Made by a program: the position numbers and the translations under genes. A DNA stretch of 64,000 bases from Gammaproteobacteria bacterium. Lineage in GTDB: Bacteria; Pseudomonadota; Gammaproteobacteria; Tethybacterales; Persebacteraceae. This document shows, in pieces, positions 51,395 to 61,920 of this stretch (position 1 is its first letter; each line of letters begins with the position of its first letter). The notes under the pieces were generated by a model that did not search any database, was not told the DNA's origin, and was given only the letters and a program-made list of their open reading frames with translations. The DNA is taken from positions 905,129-969,128 of the forward strand of contig OZ251571.1 of NCBI GenBank assembly GCA_965243565.1, in the 5' to 3' direction.

Positions 51395-52849
51395 ATGAAT
51401 AACATTGATACCAAAAACTACATTGCCAATGAATGGATTGATTCCCAAAATCACATCGAAAATATTAACCCTTCGGATACATCCGATGTTATTGGAAATT
51501 TTTCCCAAGCCACTACGGATGATTTAGAAAAAGCAGTTGATGCCGCAACGGCATCGCTTAGCCAATGGCGTGCGGTAGGTCTAGAAGCACGGCAAAATAT
51601 GCTGAACACCATCGGCAATGAGATGATGGCTAGGGCAGAAGAGTTAGGACAGTTACTTGCCCGTGAAGAAGGCAAAACAGCCGCCGAAGGCAAAGGTGAA
51701 GTGTATCGTGCTGGTCAGTTTTTTACCTATTACGCTGCTGAAGTATTACGCCAAATTGGCGAAAATTCCTTGTCGGTTCGCCCAAATATCGAAATTGATG
51801 TTCGCCGTGAACCTGTGGGCGTTGTTGCAGTTATCTCACCTTGGAACTTTCCGACTGCAACTGCAAGTTGGAAAATCGCCCCAGCACTTGCATTTGGCAA
51901 TGCGGTTATCTGGAAACCAGCTAACTTAACCCTTGCCTCTGCCGTTGCATTGACCGAAATCATCTCACGGGCAGGTTTGCCATCAGGCGTTTTTCAGTTA
52001 TTAATGGGCAGCGGTGATGCCATTGGCAATACATTGGTATCGCATCCGGGCGTTAATGCCATTAGTTTTACCGGCTCTTATACGGTTGGGAAAAAAGTAG
52101 CAACTCAAGCGGCATCGCATTTTGCAAAAGTACAATTAGAATTGGGTTCTAAAAATGCCTTAACAGTAATGGAAGATGCCGACATTGACGCTGCTGTTAC
52201 TGCCTCTTTGGTTGGGGCTTTTTCTAGCACTGGACAAAAATGCACGGCATCGTCTCGATTGCTCATTCATGAAAAAATTCATGATGAATTTGTCGATAAA
52301 CTACAAGCAGCCATGCGTGGGTTTACTGTCGGGCATTCGCAAGATCCATCTTCAAAAATGGGCCCTGTTGCTAGCCAAGTGCAATATGATTCAAATATGG
52401 CTTGGTTGGCAAGAGCAAAGGCAGAAAACATCGAAGTATTGACTCATGATTTACAACTCACCACCGATAAAAAAGGTTATTATATGGCACCAGCATTGTT
52501 GCTAAATACCACCAATGACATGTTGCTAAATCGTGAAGAAATGTTTGCACCAATCGCCTCCGTCCAAAAAATAAACTCTTACGAACAAGCTTTGTCAATA
52601 AGTAATAATACCGATTACGGATTAGTAGCAGGTATATTCACACAATCACTTGCACGGGCTTCTCATTTTCGGCAGTATTCGCAATCGGGCTGTGTTATGG
52701 TTAACTTGCCAACAGCAGGCACCGATTACCATGTGCCATTTGGCGGTAGAAAAAATTCCAGCTATGGCTCGCGTGAACAAGGGCGTATTGCGGCTGAATT
52801 TTATACCCATATTAAAACGGCTTATACCAATGCAGGAATACCTTCGTAA
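51395..52849 (+). CDS. NAD(P)-dependent aldehyde dehydrogenase
   Basis: 484 aa; catalytic Glu in LELGSKNA and catalytic Cys in GQKCTASSRL. Confidence 0.85.
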   Translation: MNNIDTKNYIANEWIDSQNHIENINPSDTSDVIGNFSQATTDDLEKAVDAATASLSQWRAVGLEARQNMLNTIGNEMMARAEELGQLLAREEGKTAAEGKGEVYRAGQFFTYYAAEVLRQIGENSLSVRPNIEIDVRREPVGVVAVISPWNFPTATASWKIAPALAFGNAVIWKPANLTLASAVALTEIISRAGLPSGVFQLLMGSGDAIGNTLVSHPGVNAISFTGSYTVGKKVATQAASHFAKVQLELGSKNALTVMEDADIDAAVTASLVGAFSSTGQKCTASSRLLIHEKIHDEFVDKLQAAMRGFTVGHSQDPSSKMGPVASQVQYDSNMAWLARAKAENIEVLTHDLQLTTDKKGYYMAPALLLNTTNDMLLNREEMFAPIASVQKINSYEQALSISNNTDYGLVAGIFTQSLARASHFRQYSQSGCVMVNLPTAGTDYHVPFGGRKNSSYGSREQGRIAAEFYTHIKTAYTNAGIPS

Positions 52850-52855
52850 AACATC

Positions 52856-53827
52856 ATGACATTATCGCCACTTATCGACTGCCTACAATACGCTAATTGG
52901 TCTGAAAAAATCTTCAGACAAATGCGCGAAGGCAATGTGCATGCGGTGCATGTTACCATTGCTTATCATGAAAATTTTCGCCAGACCGTACAAAACATAC
53001 AAGCATGGAATGATCATTTCAGAAACCATGCTAATTTAATTTTTCATGGTAGAACGGCTGCCGATATTAACCACGCTATCGCCACCAACCGCACTGCCAT
53101 ATTTTTTGGCACGCAAACAGCAGCGCCGATTGAAGAGGATATTGGCTTGGTTGAAGTCTGCCACACACTGGGTATTCGTTTTATGCAGCTCACCTATAAC
53201 AACCAATCGTTATTGGGTACGGGTTTTTGTGAGGAACACGATAGCGGCATTACCCGCTTTGGGCGTGAGGTTATTGCCGAGATGAATCGCGTTGGCATTG
53301 TTGTCGATATGAGCCATTCGGCTGAACGCACCACTTTAGAGGCTATTGATTTATCAACCCGCCCTATTGCCATTACCCACGCCAACCCCACATGGTGGGA
53401 AGCAGGCAAACGCAATAAATCAAATGAAGTCATTGAAGCATTGGTAGCCAAAGGCGGCATGTTGGGTTTTTCGATATACCCGAATCATCTAAAAGATGGC
53501 AGCGACTGTAGTTTGGATGGTTTTTGCGAAATGATTGCCGAATGTAGCAGCCGCTATGGAGTCGAACATTTGGGCATTGGTAGCGATTTATGCCAAGACC
53601 AACCCGATAGCATTGTGCAATGGATGCGTGAAGGCACTTGGAAAAAATCAAAAAAAGATGAGACCGCTAAGTTTCCACCACAGCCGACATGGTTTGTTGA
53701 TAATCGCAATTTTATAACCATTGCCGAAGGCTTACACAAAAATGGCTTTAGTACCACCGATATACAAGCCATTATGGGTGGCAATTGGCATCGTTTTTAT
53801 GAGCATTCATTTACTGCATCACTATAG
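52856..53827 (+). CDS. Membrane dipeptidase (peptidase M19 family)
   Basis: 323 aa; HVTIAYHENF..., DMSHSAERT, ITHANP motifs of M19/renal-dipeptidase-like proteins. Confidence 0.8.
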   Translation: MTLSPLIDCLQYANWSEKIFRQMREGNVHAVHVTIAYHENFRQTVQNIQAWNDHFRNHANLIFHGRTAADINHAIATNRTAIFFGTQTAAPIEEDIGLVEVCHTLGIRFMQLTYNNQSLLGTGFCEEHDSGITRFGREVIAEMNRVGIVVDMSHSAERTTLEAIDLSTRPIAITHANPTWWEAGKRNKSNEVIEALVAKGGMLGFSIYPNHLKDGSDCSLDGFCEMIAECSSRYGVEHLGIGSDLCQDQPDSIVQWMREGTWKKSKKDETAKFPPQPTWFVDNRNFITIAEGLHKNGFSTTDIQAIMGGNWHRFYEHSFTASL

Positions 53828-53894
53828 TAATAATGATAAATGACGATGGGATTAACTATAAATACCTCTATAAAGTGGTGTAAATAATAAGCAG

Positions 53895-55577
53895 ATGCAA
53901 TCAACCAACGTTTGCCAAAACATATTACGCCCACCCCAGCAAATTATGTCACTGGCACGGATTGGTACGTTTTACCCAACGCGGCTTAGTTTTATGCGGC
54001 AGTTAATACGGCGTTTACACAACGCTGATACAACGGTAAAAAAAACCCGATGGGCGATTGATAGCGATGGCTTTGGCGATGCGGTGTATTCGGTAACGCT
54101 AGAGGGTGATACCTATAGTTTGGTTGTTTTTTCTAACCATATTACGCCAGACCAACGCACCGACCGCGTTATTGCCGAACAGTGGGACATAACCTTTGTG
54201 CTTTATGATGGGATTCCCGATGATGCCGAAGTAGAACGCTTACGCCAACAAGCACCAAAACAAGAAAAAGGTCGCTACAGCGAAAAAGAATTGGTATTAA
54301 GCCGTGCCAATAAATCGGTGCGTTTGTTTGAACATGTCGTACAAAGTCTTGCCGCTGGCAAGCAGCCTGATGTTGATAAAATATCATCCATTGGCTACCT
54401 TATGCGTACCACCGCTGTCTATGGCAATGGCAAGTTTGGCATTGCCGACCGTGCGTATTATGCCCACCGCCCGGCATTGGCATCGCCTTTTCAAGTAGAA
54501 ATGTTAGCGGTTTGGTTGGTGCGTAGTTTTACGCATGATTTAGTTGATTATATCGCTCATACAAAGGCACCCAGCACTGCGGTTAAATTAGACCCTACTT
54601 ATAAACAATGGTTGGGTATTGGCAATTCAACAGGATTAGGCATGGCACCTTTCTTGGTGCGGCATCCTATTTTGCTTAATAATTGGATGATAGCGAAAGA
54701 AGTCGCATTAACCCGTATATGCGCAAAAGAACATGCCTCAAAAGATGAGTATCAACGTATTTTAACCTTGTTGAATCGAGCAATAACCCACGTCAACGAA
54801 TGGAGCGTAGAAGATGCTGTACAAATGCAGCGTATTTTAACCATCAGAAAAGAATTACCACAATTACATGCGCGGTATTTGCGATATTCCAATGCCACTT
54901 TGTTTTTGCAAAAACAGTTCTATGAATCCACAAGAGCTTATTGTGAAGAATGTCAAGAGTTGGTTATTTCATTGCTGATAGAAGCACATCCTACTCTAGT
55001 GGATGATTTGGCAAAAGGCATGGGTTCTGATGATTTCTATTGCTTGCAACCCGCCATGTCGTTAGCAACATTAAAAACGATTATAGAAGAACAATGTCAA
55101 TGGGCGTTAGCGTTTGATTTTTCAACCAAAATCGCCAATGAAAAATTTTGGTACGTATCAGAAGAAAAACTAGAGCCTCGTCTTGGCAATCGTTATCAAG
55201 AAAGCGGTAGCGAAAAAGAAATGCCGCTGGATATCGCCCGCCAAATACAAAGCCTAGCAAACGATATAAAGCAATGCGAATTAACAATGAATGTTGCCTC
55301 TTTTTTGCAAAAATACCCGAAGCATCGCTATTGTATGAGGCGTGTGCAAAACTTCCCCAATTATCCTTATGCAGAAATTCATGACAACCTTGTCGGTAGC
55401 CATTGCTTGCCCATAGATTTATTGCGGTGCAAACTTTCTTTTTTTGGTGCGACTAAATTTGATCCAAAATCAGACCGCTGGACACGGGTTAATTTGTTTC
55501 AAGGTGCTCCTACCATCGATACAATCACCAATGATGATGCAGATGATTGGTGGTTGCCAAAAAATCCATTGATGTGA
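53895..55577 (+). CDS. Hypothetical protein (560 aa), no recognisable domain
   Basis: Long uninterrupted ORF with codon usage like its neighbours; no motif I can assign. Confidence 0.4.
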   Translation: MQSTNVCQNILRPPQQIMSLARIGTFYPTRLSFMRQLIRRLHNADTTVKKTRWAIDSDGFGDAVYSVTLEGDTYSLVVFSNHITPDQRTDRVIAEQWDITFVLYDGIPDDAEVERLRQQAPKQEKGRYSEKELVLSRANKSVRLFEHVVQSLAAGKQPDVDKISSIGYLMRTTAVYGNGKFGIADRAYYAHRPALASPFQVEMLAVWLVRSFTHDLVDYIAHTKAPSTAVKLDPTYKQWLGIGNSTGLGMAPFLVRHPILLNNWMIAKEVALTRICAKEHASKDEYQRILTLLNRAITHVNEWSVEDAVQMQRILTIRKELPQLHARYLRYSNATLFLQKQFYESTRAYCEECQELVISLLIEAHPTLVDDLAKGMGSDDFYCLQPAMSLATLKTIIEEQCQWALAFDFSTKIANEKFWYVSEEKLEPRLGNRYQESGSEKEMPLDIARQIQSLANDIKQCELTMNVASFLQKYPKHRYCMRRVQNFPNYPYAEIHDNLVGSHCLPIDLLRCKLSFFGATKFDPKSDRWTRVNLFQGAPTIDTITNDDADDWWLPKNPLM

Positions 55578-55586
55578 TTTTTTCCA

Positions 55587-56207
55587 ATGTATTCCATTGA
55601 TGAAACCAACCGATTAATCGAAAAAGCCGCTTTGGGTTGCGGGCTTCCCATTGGTTTAGCCGAAACGCTTGCCAATGCCAGCATCTGGTGTTGCCAACAA
55701 AACTTACAAGGCGCACAGTGGGCTTTAAACGCACTACATGGCATTGCTTTAGGCAAGCGATTTAACCCTGCAATACAGGGTATGAGTTGTTTTGAAAATC
55801 TGCTTGTAGAACCCACTCAAACCATAACGTTAAGAGCGATAGATACGGCAGGATTAATGCTTGGCTATGGCGGTGTGGCGTGTCTCCACTATATCAATGA
55901 GATTTGCTCTTTGACTTTAAATTTCGATGGCAAATCGATTGTAGTTAATAAAGATTGCATTGAAATCGAATCAACAAACGAACCCTTTTTATTGGAAAAT
56001 TTAGAGACGGTGACAGATTGCTTAACCGTGTCATTACTAAAAAAGCAATCACAATTAAACAACACAAATAAGCGACTCCCGACCCGTTTGACAATAGACA
56101 GCAAAACATGGCAAATGCTATCGACTCTCGCTGCCAAAACCTATGTCGAGGCAAATAGTTTTTCCAAGCAATTTGGTGCCGGTGCTGGTACGACTGACAA
56201 CGATTAA
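55587..56207 (+). CDS. Hypothetical protein (206 aa)
   Basis: Starts 10 bp after the previous ORF and is likely co-transcribed; Cys-rich; no assignable family. Confidence 0.4.
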   Translation: MYSIDETNRLIEKAALGCGLPIGLAETLANASIWCCQQNLQGAQWALNALHGIALGKRFNPAIQGMSCFENLLVEPTQTITLRAIDTAGLMLGYGGVACLHYINEICSLTLNFDGKSIVVNKDCIEIESTNEPFLLENLETVTDCLTVSLLKKQSQLNNTNKRLPTRLTIDSKTWQMLSTLAAKTYVEANSFSKQFGAGAGTTDND

Positions 56208-56264
56208 TATTGTCTTAGTCTTATTGCGTTTTGCTTATTTCGCAAAAATAAGATTTAAGACAAG

Positions 56265-58712
56265 CTACTGAGACGTTTTTTTGCGTAGGCGTAAGCCATC
56301 GGGGTCGTATGCGGCTGTGCTCATGGCACGCCCTTTTTCTACATCGTCGCCAACTAATACGGTAACCCGAAAACTACCATCGCTGTCTTTTGTCGTGGGA
56401 ATGCCTTCACATTTTATAAGTGCAATGCCCACCGGCATTTGGATGCGGTATCCATGTGCTGCTGAGGTTAATCGTCCAATAATCTTGTCGTTATAGCAAA
56501 CAGGTTCATCTTTCCATATCGTTGCATTAGGGTTATCCAATACAACAGTTAAAAATTGATAATTTAATCCGTTTTCTTTTTGTTCTAATAGTTTGTCACT
56601 ACCAAGAAAAGGGATATTTAAGTCAACCGCAAAATCCAAGCCTGCATCTAATGGCGTAACGTCGCTGTCGAGATCTTGACCATAAGCCAAAAAGCGTTTT
56701 TCGATTCGCATTGATGCCAATGCATAAGCACCAGCGGGTTTTGCCCCTGCTTCTGCCAGTACATCAAATATCTTTTGCGTGTCTTCTATTGCACAAGTGA
56801 TTTCCCAACCGGGTTCACCAACAAAGGATAAGCGTGCGGCTCGAACTTCACAACCAGCAATGGTGGTTTCCTTGCAACCAAAATAAGCAATATCATTGAG
56901 ATCGTTTGCCCCAATTTGAGTCGCTATACTGCCTGTTTCTGGTCCAAAAATGCCCAATACTGCCCATTTTTCAGTTTCATCTATTATAGAGACATCATCA
57001 GCTGGTCTTTTACCATGAATTAGCCAAGCCATGTCACGGCGTATGGTATCGGCATCCACATACATCACATATTTGTCTTCGGCAACACGGTGGACGGTTA
57101 AATCGCTTTCAATGCCACCTGTTTTATCTAACATGGTAGTGTAAATAACACGTCCTACTTTTTTATCCATATTGTTGGCACACCACTGGTTAAGAAATTT
57201 ACAGGCATCACTGCCTTCGACAACAATTTTTCCTAAAATTGATAGTTCAAATATGGCAGCGTGATTGTGCGTTTGTGCGACTTCTTGCGCTACATTGTTA
57301 AACCATGCGGGGCGTTTAAAGGTGAGTTCTGGTTCTTCAGTTTTATTAAAGTACAATGGTCTTTCCCAACCATAGTGCTGACCGAAATGTGCGCCATGTT
57401 TTTGCCATGTTTCATGTAGTGGCGTAAATCGTAAGTTTCGGGCAGAGCTGGGTTGCCACCCGGGGAATGGAATTTGATAGGCATGTCCTAAGATTTCGGG
57501 CGCACGTGCTGATAGGGCTTCAATAGAATTAAAACATTCTGGGAATCGATTCGGATTAACCTCTGACAAGGCAAATGGCATATGACCATGTGCAATGCAA
57601 TGAGCAAGTGCATTGCCAGCACCGCCACTGGTGGCGACTCCAACTGAATTCATGCCACATCCAACATACAGCCCTTTGGTACGAGCGGTTTCACCCAGCA
57701 TAAACATACCATCGGCAACAAAACTTTCAGGACCATTTAACAATGTTTTTATTTCAGCGGTTTCAAGGGCAGGAATACGATGTAAAGCGTTTTCCATCAT
57801 CGGTTCAAAGTGGTCCCAGTCTTCTTGTAATAGTTGAAAAGCAAAGTTTTTTCCTAGTTTTTCGGGCGAGATTGCTTTGGCTCCGGGTTCAAAACTACCG
57901 ACCAACAGACCACCTGAATCGTCTCGTACATAAAGACAGGAATCATAATCAAATAATGTTGGAATATTGCCTTTTAGAGCATCAATGGGTTTGGTTAACA
58001 TGTAAAAATGCTCGCAGGGCCATAATGGCAGATGTGTGCCATACGGTTTTAAGACATCGCGACTCCACAAGCCGCTGCATATAACTACTTTGTCGCACCG
58101 AATACGCCCCTTGTTGGTTTTAACAGCAACGATTTTGTTATTGCTAAATTCAATTCCCTCTAAAGAAGTGTGTTCAAAAATTTGTTGCCCTTTGTTTTTT
58201 GCCCCTTTGACCAGCGCGGCGCATAGGTCGGATACACTCACACGACCGTCTTCGGGTGACCAAACCCCACCTAGTACATCGGTATTTTGCATCAGGGGCC
58301 AGCGTTCTTTTGCCTCACCAGCACTGATATAACTGGCTTCAATGCCAAATAAATGTGATAGGTTTTTTTGGCGGCGCAAATGAGTTAAGCGTTCTGGATT
58401 GGTGGCAATAGATACCGAGCCTTTACCTATCCAGCCAGTGGACTGCCCTGTCTCTTCTTCTAGGCTTTTATACAAACCTTGTGAGTATCGAATTAATCGG
58501 GTTAAATTTTCGGTTTGTCGTAAGCCACGCACCAATGCTGCCGAGTGCCATGTAGTACCGGATGTGAGCTCGTTTCTTTCGAGCAATACCGCATCAGTAA
58601 TACCGTGAAGACCCAAGTGATACAGAGTAGAACACCCCATCACGCCACCGCCGATAACGACTACTGACGCATTATCTGGAAAATCTGTTGTTATAAAATC
58701 ACTAATCTTCAT
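56265..58712 (-). CDS. Dimethylglycine/sarcosine-dehydrogenase-like flavoenzyme (FAD oxidoreductase fused to a GcvT-type folate-binding aminomethyltransferase domain)
   Basis: 815 aa; N-terminal FAD motif VVVIGGGVMGCSTLYHL, C-terminal GcvT-like domain; size typical of DMGDH/SARDH. Confidence 0.8.
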   Translation of the reverse strand: MKISDFITTDFPDNASVVVIGGGVMGCSTLYHLGLHGITDAVLLERNELTSGTTWHSAALVRGLRQTENLTRLIRYSQGLYKSLEEETGQSTGWIGKGSVSIATNPERLTHLRRQKNLSHLFGIEASYISAGEAKERWPLMQNTDVLGGVWSPEDGRVSVSDLCAALVKGAKNKGQQIFEHTSLEGIEFSNNKIVAVKTNKGRIRCDKVVICSGLWSRDVLKPYGTHLPLWPCEHFYMLTKPIDALKGNIPTLFDYDSCLYVRDDSGGLLVGSFEPGAKAISPEKLGKNFAFQLLQEDWDHFEPMMENALHRIPALETAEIKTLLNGPESFVADGMFMLGETARTKGLYVGCGMNSVGVATSGGAGNALAHCIAHGHMPFALSEVNPNRFPECFNSIEALSARAPEILGHAYQIPFPGWQPSSARNLRFTPLHETWQKHGAHFGQHYGWERPLYFNKTEEPELTFKRPAWFNNVAQEVAQTHNHAAIFELSILGKIVVEGSDACKFLNQWCANNMDKKVGRVIYTTMLDKTGGIESDLTVHRVAEDKYVMYVDADTIRRDMAWLIHGKRPADDVSIIDETEKWAVLGIFGPETGSIATQIGANDLNDIAYFGCKETTIAGCEVRAARLSFVGEPGWEITCAIEDTQKIFDVLAEAGAKPAGAYALASMRIEKRFLAYGQDLDSDVTPLDAGLDFAVDLNIPFLGSDKLLEQKENGLNYQFLTVVLDNPNATIWKDEPVCYNDKIIGRLTSAAHGYRIQMPVGIALIKCEGIPTTKDSDGSFRVTVLVGDDVEKGRAMSTAAYDPDGLRLRKKTSQ

Positions 58713-58796
58713 AGCTTAAAACTTCGTCAATTATACACCAGTGAATATTCGTAGTTAATATAAAATAATTGTTAATTATTCGCTAGAATAGAGCCT

Positions 58797-59904
58797 ATGT
58801 TATTAGACAGTAGTGAAATTCGTGCAACAATCTCTGAAGGTGAAAAAATGCTCAAGGAGATAAGGGGGTTCCTTTAATGTTGATGATAAAAAAAATCAAC
58901 TAATCGAGGTTGACCTTCAGCTCATAGATCCTTCTATATGGTCAGATACAGAGCTGGTAAAGCAACACCAACAATTACGAGGACGGTTAATCAAAGACAT
59001 TAACGATGTTGAAACCATCGAAAAACGGTTAACAGATCTTATCGAAATGTTAGATTTGGCGATAGAAGAAGAAATCGATGATTTAATCGAGGAAATTTCA
59101 TTACAGTCTCAACAATTACTTGATGAAATTCAAGCCCTTAATATTCGTCGTTTATTTAGCGGTGAGCATGATAGATCCCATGCGTTTTTAAGCGTTCAAT
59201 CAGGATCAGGCGGAACCGAAGCACAAGATTGGGCTGCTATACTGTATCGCATGTACTTGCGTTATGCCGAAGAAAACAACTACAAAGTAGAGGTAATGGA
59301 AGAAGCGTTGGGTGAAGTCGCCGGCATAAAAGGTGCAACCATTAAGATTATAGGCGATTACGCCTATGGATATTTACGCCTAGAAACAGGTATTCACCGC
59401 TTGGTTCGTAAATCGCCATTTGATTCCAACCACAAAAGGCACACCTCATTTGCCAGTATTTTCGTATTCCCCGTCATTGATGATTCCTTTCAAGTCGATA
59501 TTAATCCCACCGATTTACGCATTGATACCTATCGTTCTAGCGGTGCGGGTGGGCAGCATGTTAACACCACTGATTCAGCCGTTCGTATTACACATTTACC
59601 GACTAATATTGTTGTGCAATGTCAAAGCGATAGATCTCAACACAAAAATAAAGCAAGCGCGATGTCAATGCTTAAAGCACGATTACATCAACACGAACTA
59701 GACCAACGTAATGTCGAAAAAAACAAACTAGAAGATAGCAAAGATGATATCGGCTGGGGCAGACAAATCCGCTCTTACGTATTAGACCAATCCCGTATTA
59801 AAGATTTACGCACTGGTTTTGAAAGCGGCAATACGCGATCAGTTTTGGACGGTGGTTTGGATGGATTTATTCGCGCAGAACTTTTAATGGACGCAAGTGA
59901 ATAA
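58797..59904 (+). CDS. prfB: Peptide chain release factor 2, with programmed +1 ribosomal frameshift at 58872-58878 (CTT TAA T)
   Basis: A 26-codon ORF0 (MLLDSSEIRATISEGEKMLKEIRGFL*) is preceded by an internal SD-like AAGGGGG. The +1 frame continues directly into the RF2 body (SPF motif, GGQHVNTTDSAVRITH). Confidence 0.9.
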
Positions 59905-59934
59905 ATTATCACTTTTTTTGTTATAATTAAAGGA

Positions 59935-60375
59935 ATGATTTTATTCAAAAATACACAGGGTATTTCCAAAATATCACTTTTCTTTTTTATTATTGCCCTT
60001 GGCTTATTTGCGATACCCCTAACCGAAAGTCACGCACATAAAACGCTTGAGCGCGAAATGAAAAAAATTGGGAGAGAGTTTCGTCGTGCCAACGAAAGCG
60101 ACGACCCTGAAAACATCGTACGGCATCTTTTGAAAATGCAATTCATTGCCGAAAAAGTAAAAGAAGAAATGGAACCACATGATGCAACCGAAGAAAAAAT
60201 TAAAAAATTCCACGAAGGCATGGATTTTTTTATTAGTTCCATTAATAATTCCATGCAAGCCGTTTTAAATGGCGATGTAGAACAAACTAAAGAACTGTTT
60301 GAACGACTAAAAAAAATGCGTCAAAAATATCATAAGATATTTGACGTTAAAGAAAAGAAAGAAAAAACTGAATAA
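59935..60375 (+). CDS. Periplasmic four-helix-bundle protein, cytochrome b562-like
   Basis: Signal peptide; Met (LLKMQF) and a C-terminal ...RQKYHKIF resembling b562 haem-ligand positions (Met7, ...YHQKYR). Tentative. Confidence 0.4.
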   Translation: MILFKNTQGISKISLFFFIIALGLFAIPLTESHAHKTLEREMKKIGREFRRANESDDPENIVRHLLKMQFIAEKVKEEMEPHDATEEKIKKFHEGMDFFISSINNSMQAVLNGDVEQTKELFERLKKMRQKYHKIFDVKEKKEKTE

Positions 60376-60479
60376 GCAAGCTAACCCTACTTATTCTTCT
60401 CCCCCTTTACTTCATCTGTAAAGTATTTTTTAATTACTTGTAATATTGCACGGAAAAATCACAACGCATAGGCTTATCA

Positions 60480-61043
60480 ATGGCACAATTTAGGGTTGTT
60501 ATGCAAAGGTTTTTTGATAGATTTATTAGTCCACATTCATCGGGTTGGGATTTAATTGTACGTAGCACCCACTGGTTGGTTGCTTTTTTATTTTATTTCA
60601 ATTATTTTTATACAGAAACAGGCGAATGGTGGCATCGCAAAATAGGTTATGCCATCGCTGCTTTGGTATTATTTAGAATACTATGGGGGTTAAGTTTTGC
60701 TCGTCATGCCAACCATTTAAAAGCGTTTATTCCTAAAATAGAGGCATTACAAGTACATTTGCACGAGTTTAAACACCGTACTCCCATGAAGAATGTTGGA
60801 CATAACCCTTTAGGTGCATTAGCCATTTATTTAATATGGACGATTCTATTTTTTACTGTATTTAGCGGGTGGTTGCAAGACACAGATTGGGGAATCGATA
60901 ACGATGTTGATGTTTGGCACGAAATGAGCACTGATTTCTTGCTGTATTTTAGCTTTCTTCATATAACCGCTGTACTAATTACTTCATGGCGATTAAAAAG
61001 CAATCTTATTCGTGCCATGATAATAGGAAAATTTAAAAAATAA
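60480..61043 (+). CDS. Cytochrome b561-family membrane protein (CybB-like)
   Basis: 187 aa, 4 TM helices with conserved His (STHWLVA, HEMSTDF...). The start may be the internal MQRFF. Confidence 0.7.
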   Translation: MAQFRVVMQRFFDRFISPHSSGWDLIVRSTHWLVAFLFYFNYFYTETGEWWHRKIGYAIAALVLFRILWGLSFARHANHLKAFIPKIEALQVHLHEFKHRTPMKNVGHNPLGALAIYLIWTILFFTVFSGWLQDTDWGIDNDVDVWHEMSTDFLLYFSFLHITAVLITSWRLKSNLIRAMIIGKFKK

Positions 61044-61101
61044 ATGACTATACTGCCTACTTTGTTATTCCTGCACGAACACAAAGACAGTATAAGGAAA
61101 C

Positions 61102-61920
61102 TTACGATTTATCGCCAAAAACAGCGTCCATGCCATCATAAAAGGTGGCTGGTGCAGTAGCGATAAATTGGGCTGCTCTAATCGCCCCAGCGGCGTAATT
61201 GTTGCGGCTGGTAGAGCGATGGGTAATCTCAATTTGTTCTCCTGCACCAGCAAATATAACGCGATGCTCACCGACAATGTCCCCACCTCGCACCACTGAA
61301 AAACCGATATCTTGAGGTTTTCTTTCTGTATCAGAGCGTCTTTGTCTTGCAAATACGGCATCGATATCAAGATCGCCATTAGTCGCTTGAGCGACAATCT
61401 TACCCAATTGTAGTGCCGTGCCAGAAGGAGCGTCTTTTTTGTGTTTGTGGTGCGCTTCAAAAATTTCAATATCATAACCACCACCGCTTCGCCCAGCACA
61501 CAGTAATGATGCGGCTATTTTTGCCAGTTCGTAAGTTACATTAACGCCAATACTCATATTTTGTGCCATTAAAATGGGGATTTTATTACTAAAAATATGG
61601 AGTTGCTCGGTTTCTGCCTTGGTAAAACCGGTGGTTCCAATGACCATTCCAGTATTATTTTCAACACAAATTTGAACAAATTCTAGCGTCGCTGTGGGAG
61701 TCGTAAAATCAATTAATACGTCAATATTGGAAAAATCAATTTGTTCAATGGTTTGTATAGTAGTCTTACCATCGGCTGCTGTTGTATCTACTTTATTATT
61801 GCGGATTGATTCAAATGCACAAATTGATTCTATATTTGGGTGTTCATCGGCTGTTAATATAATGGCTTGCCCCATTCGTCCGCTGGCACCTGATACAGCA
61901 ATACGAATCTTATTACTCAT
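61102..61920 (-). CDS. dapB: 4-hydroxy-tetrahydrodipicolinate reductase
   Basis: Start at MSNKIRIAVSGASGRMG; C-terminal DapB motifs (EAHHKHKKDAPSGTA). Confidence 0.9.
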   Translation of the reverse strand: MSNKIRIAVSGASGRMGQAIILTADEHPNIESICAFESIRNNKVDTTAADGKTTIQTIEQIDFSNIDVLIDFTTPTATLEFVQICVENNTGMVIGTTGFTKAETEQLHIFSNKIPILMAQNMSIGVNVTYELAKIAASLLCAGRSGGGYDIEIFEAHHKHKKDAPSGTALQLGKIVAQATNGDLDIDAVFARQRRSDTERKPQDIGFSVVRGGDIVGEHRVIFAGAGEQIEITHRSTSRNNYAAGAIRAAQFIATAPATFYDGMDAVFGDKS

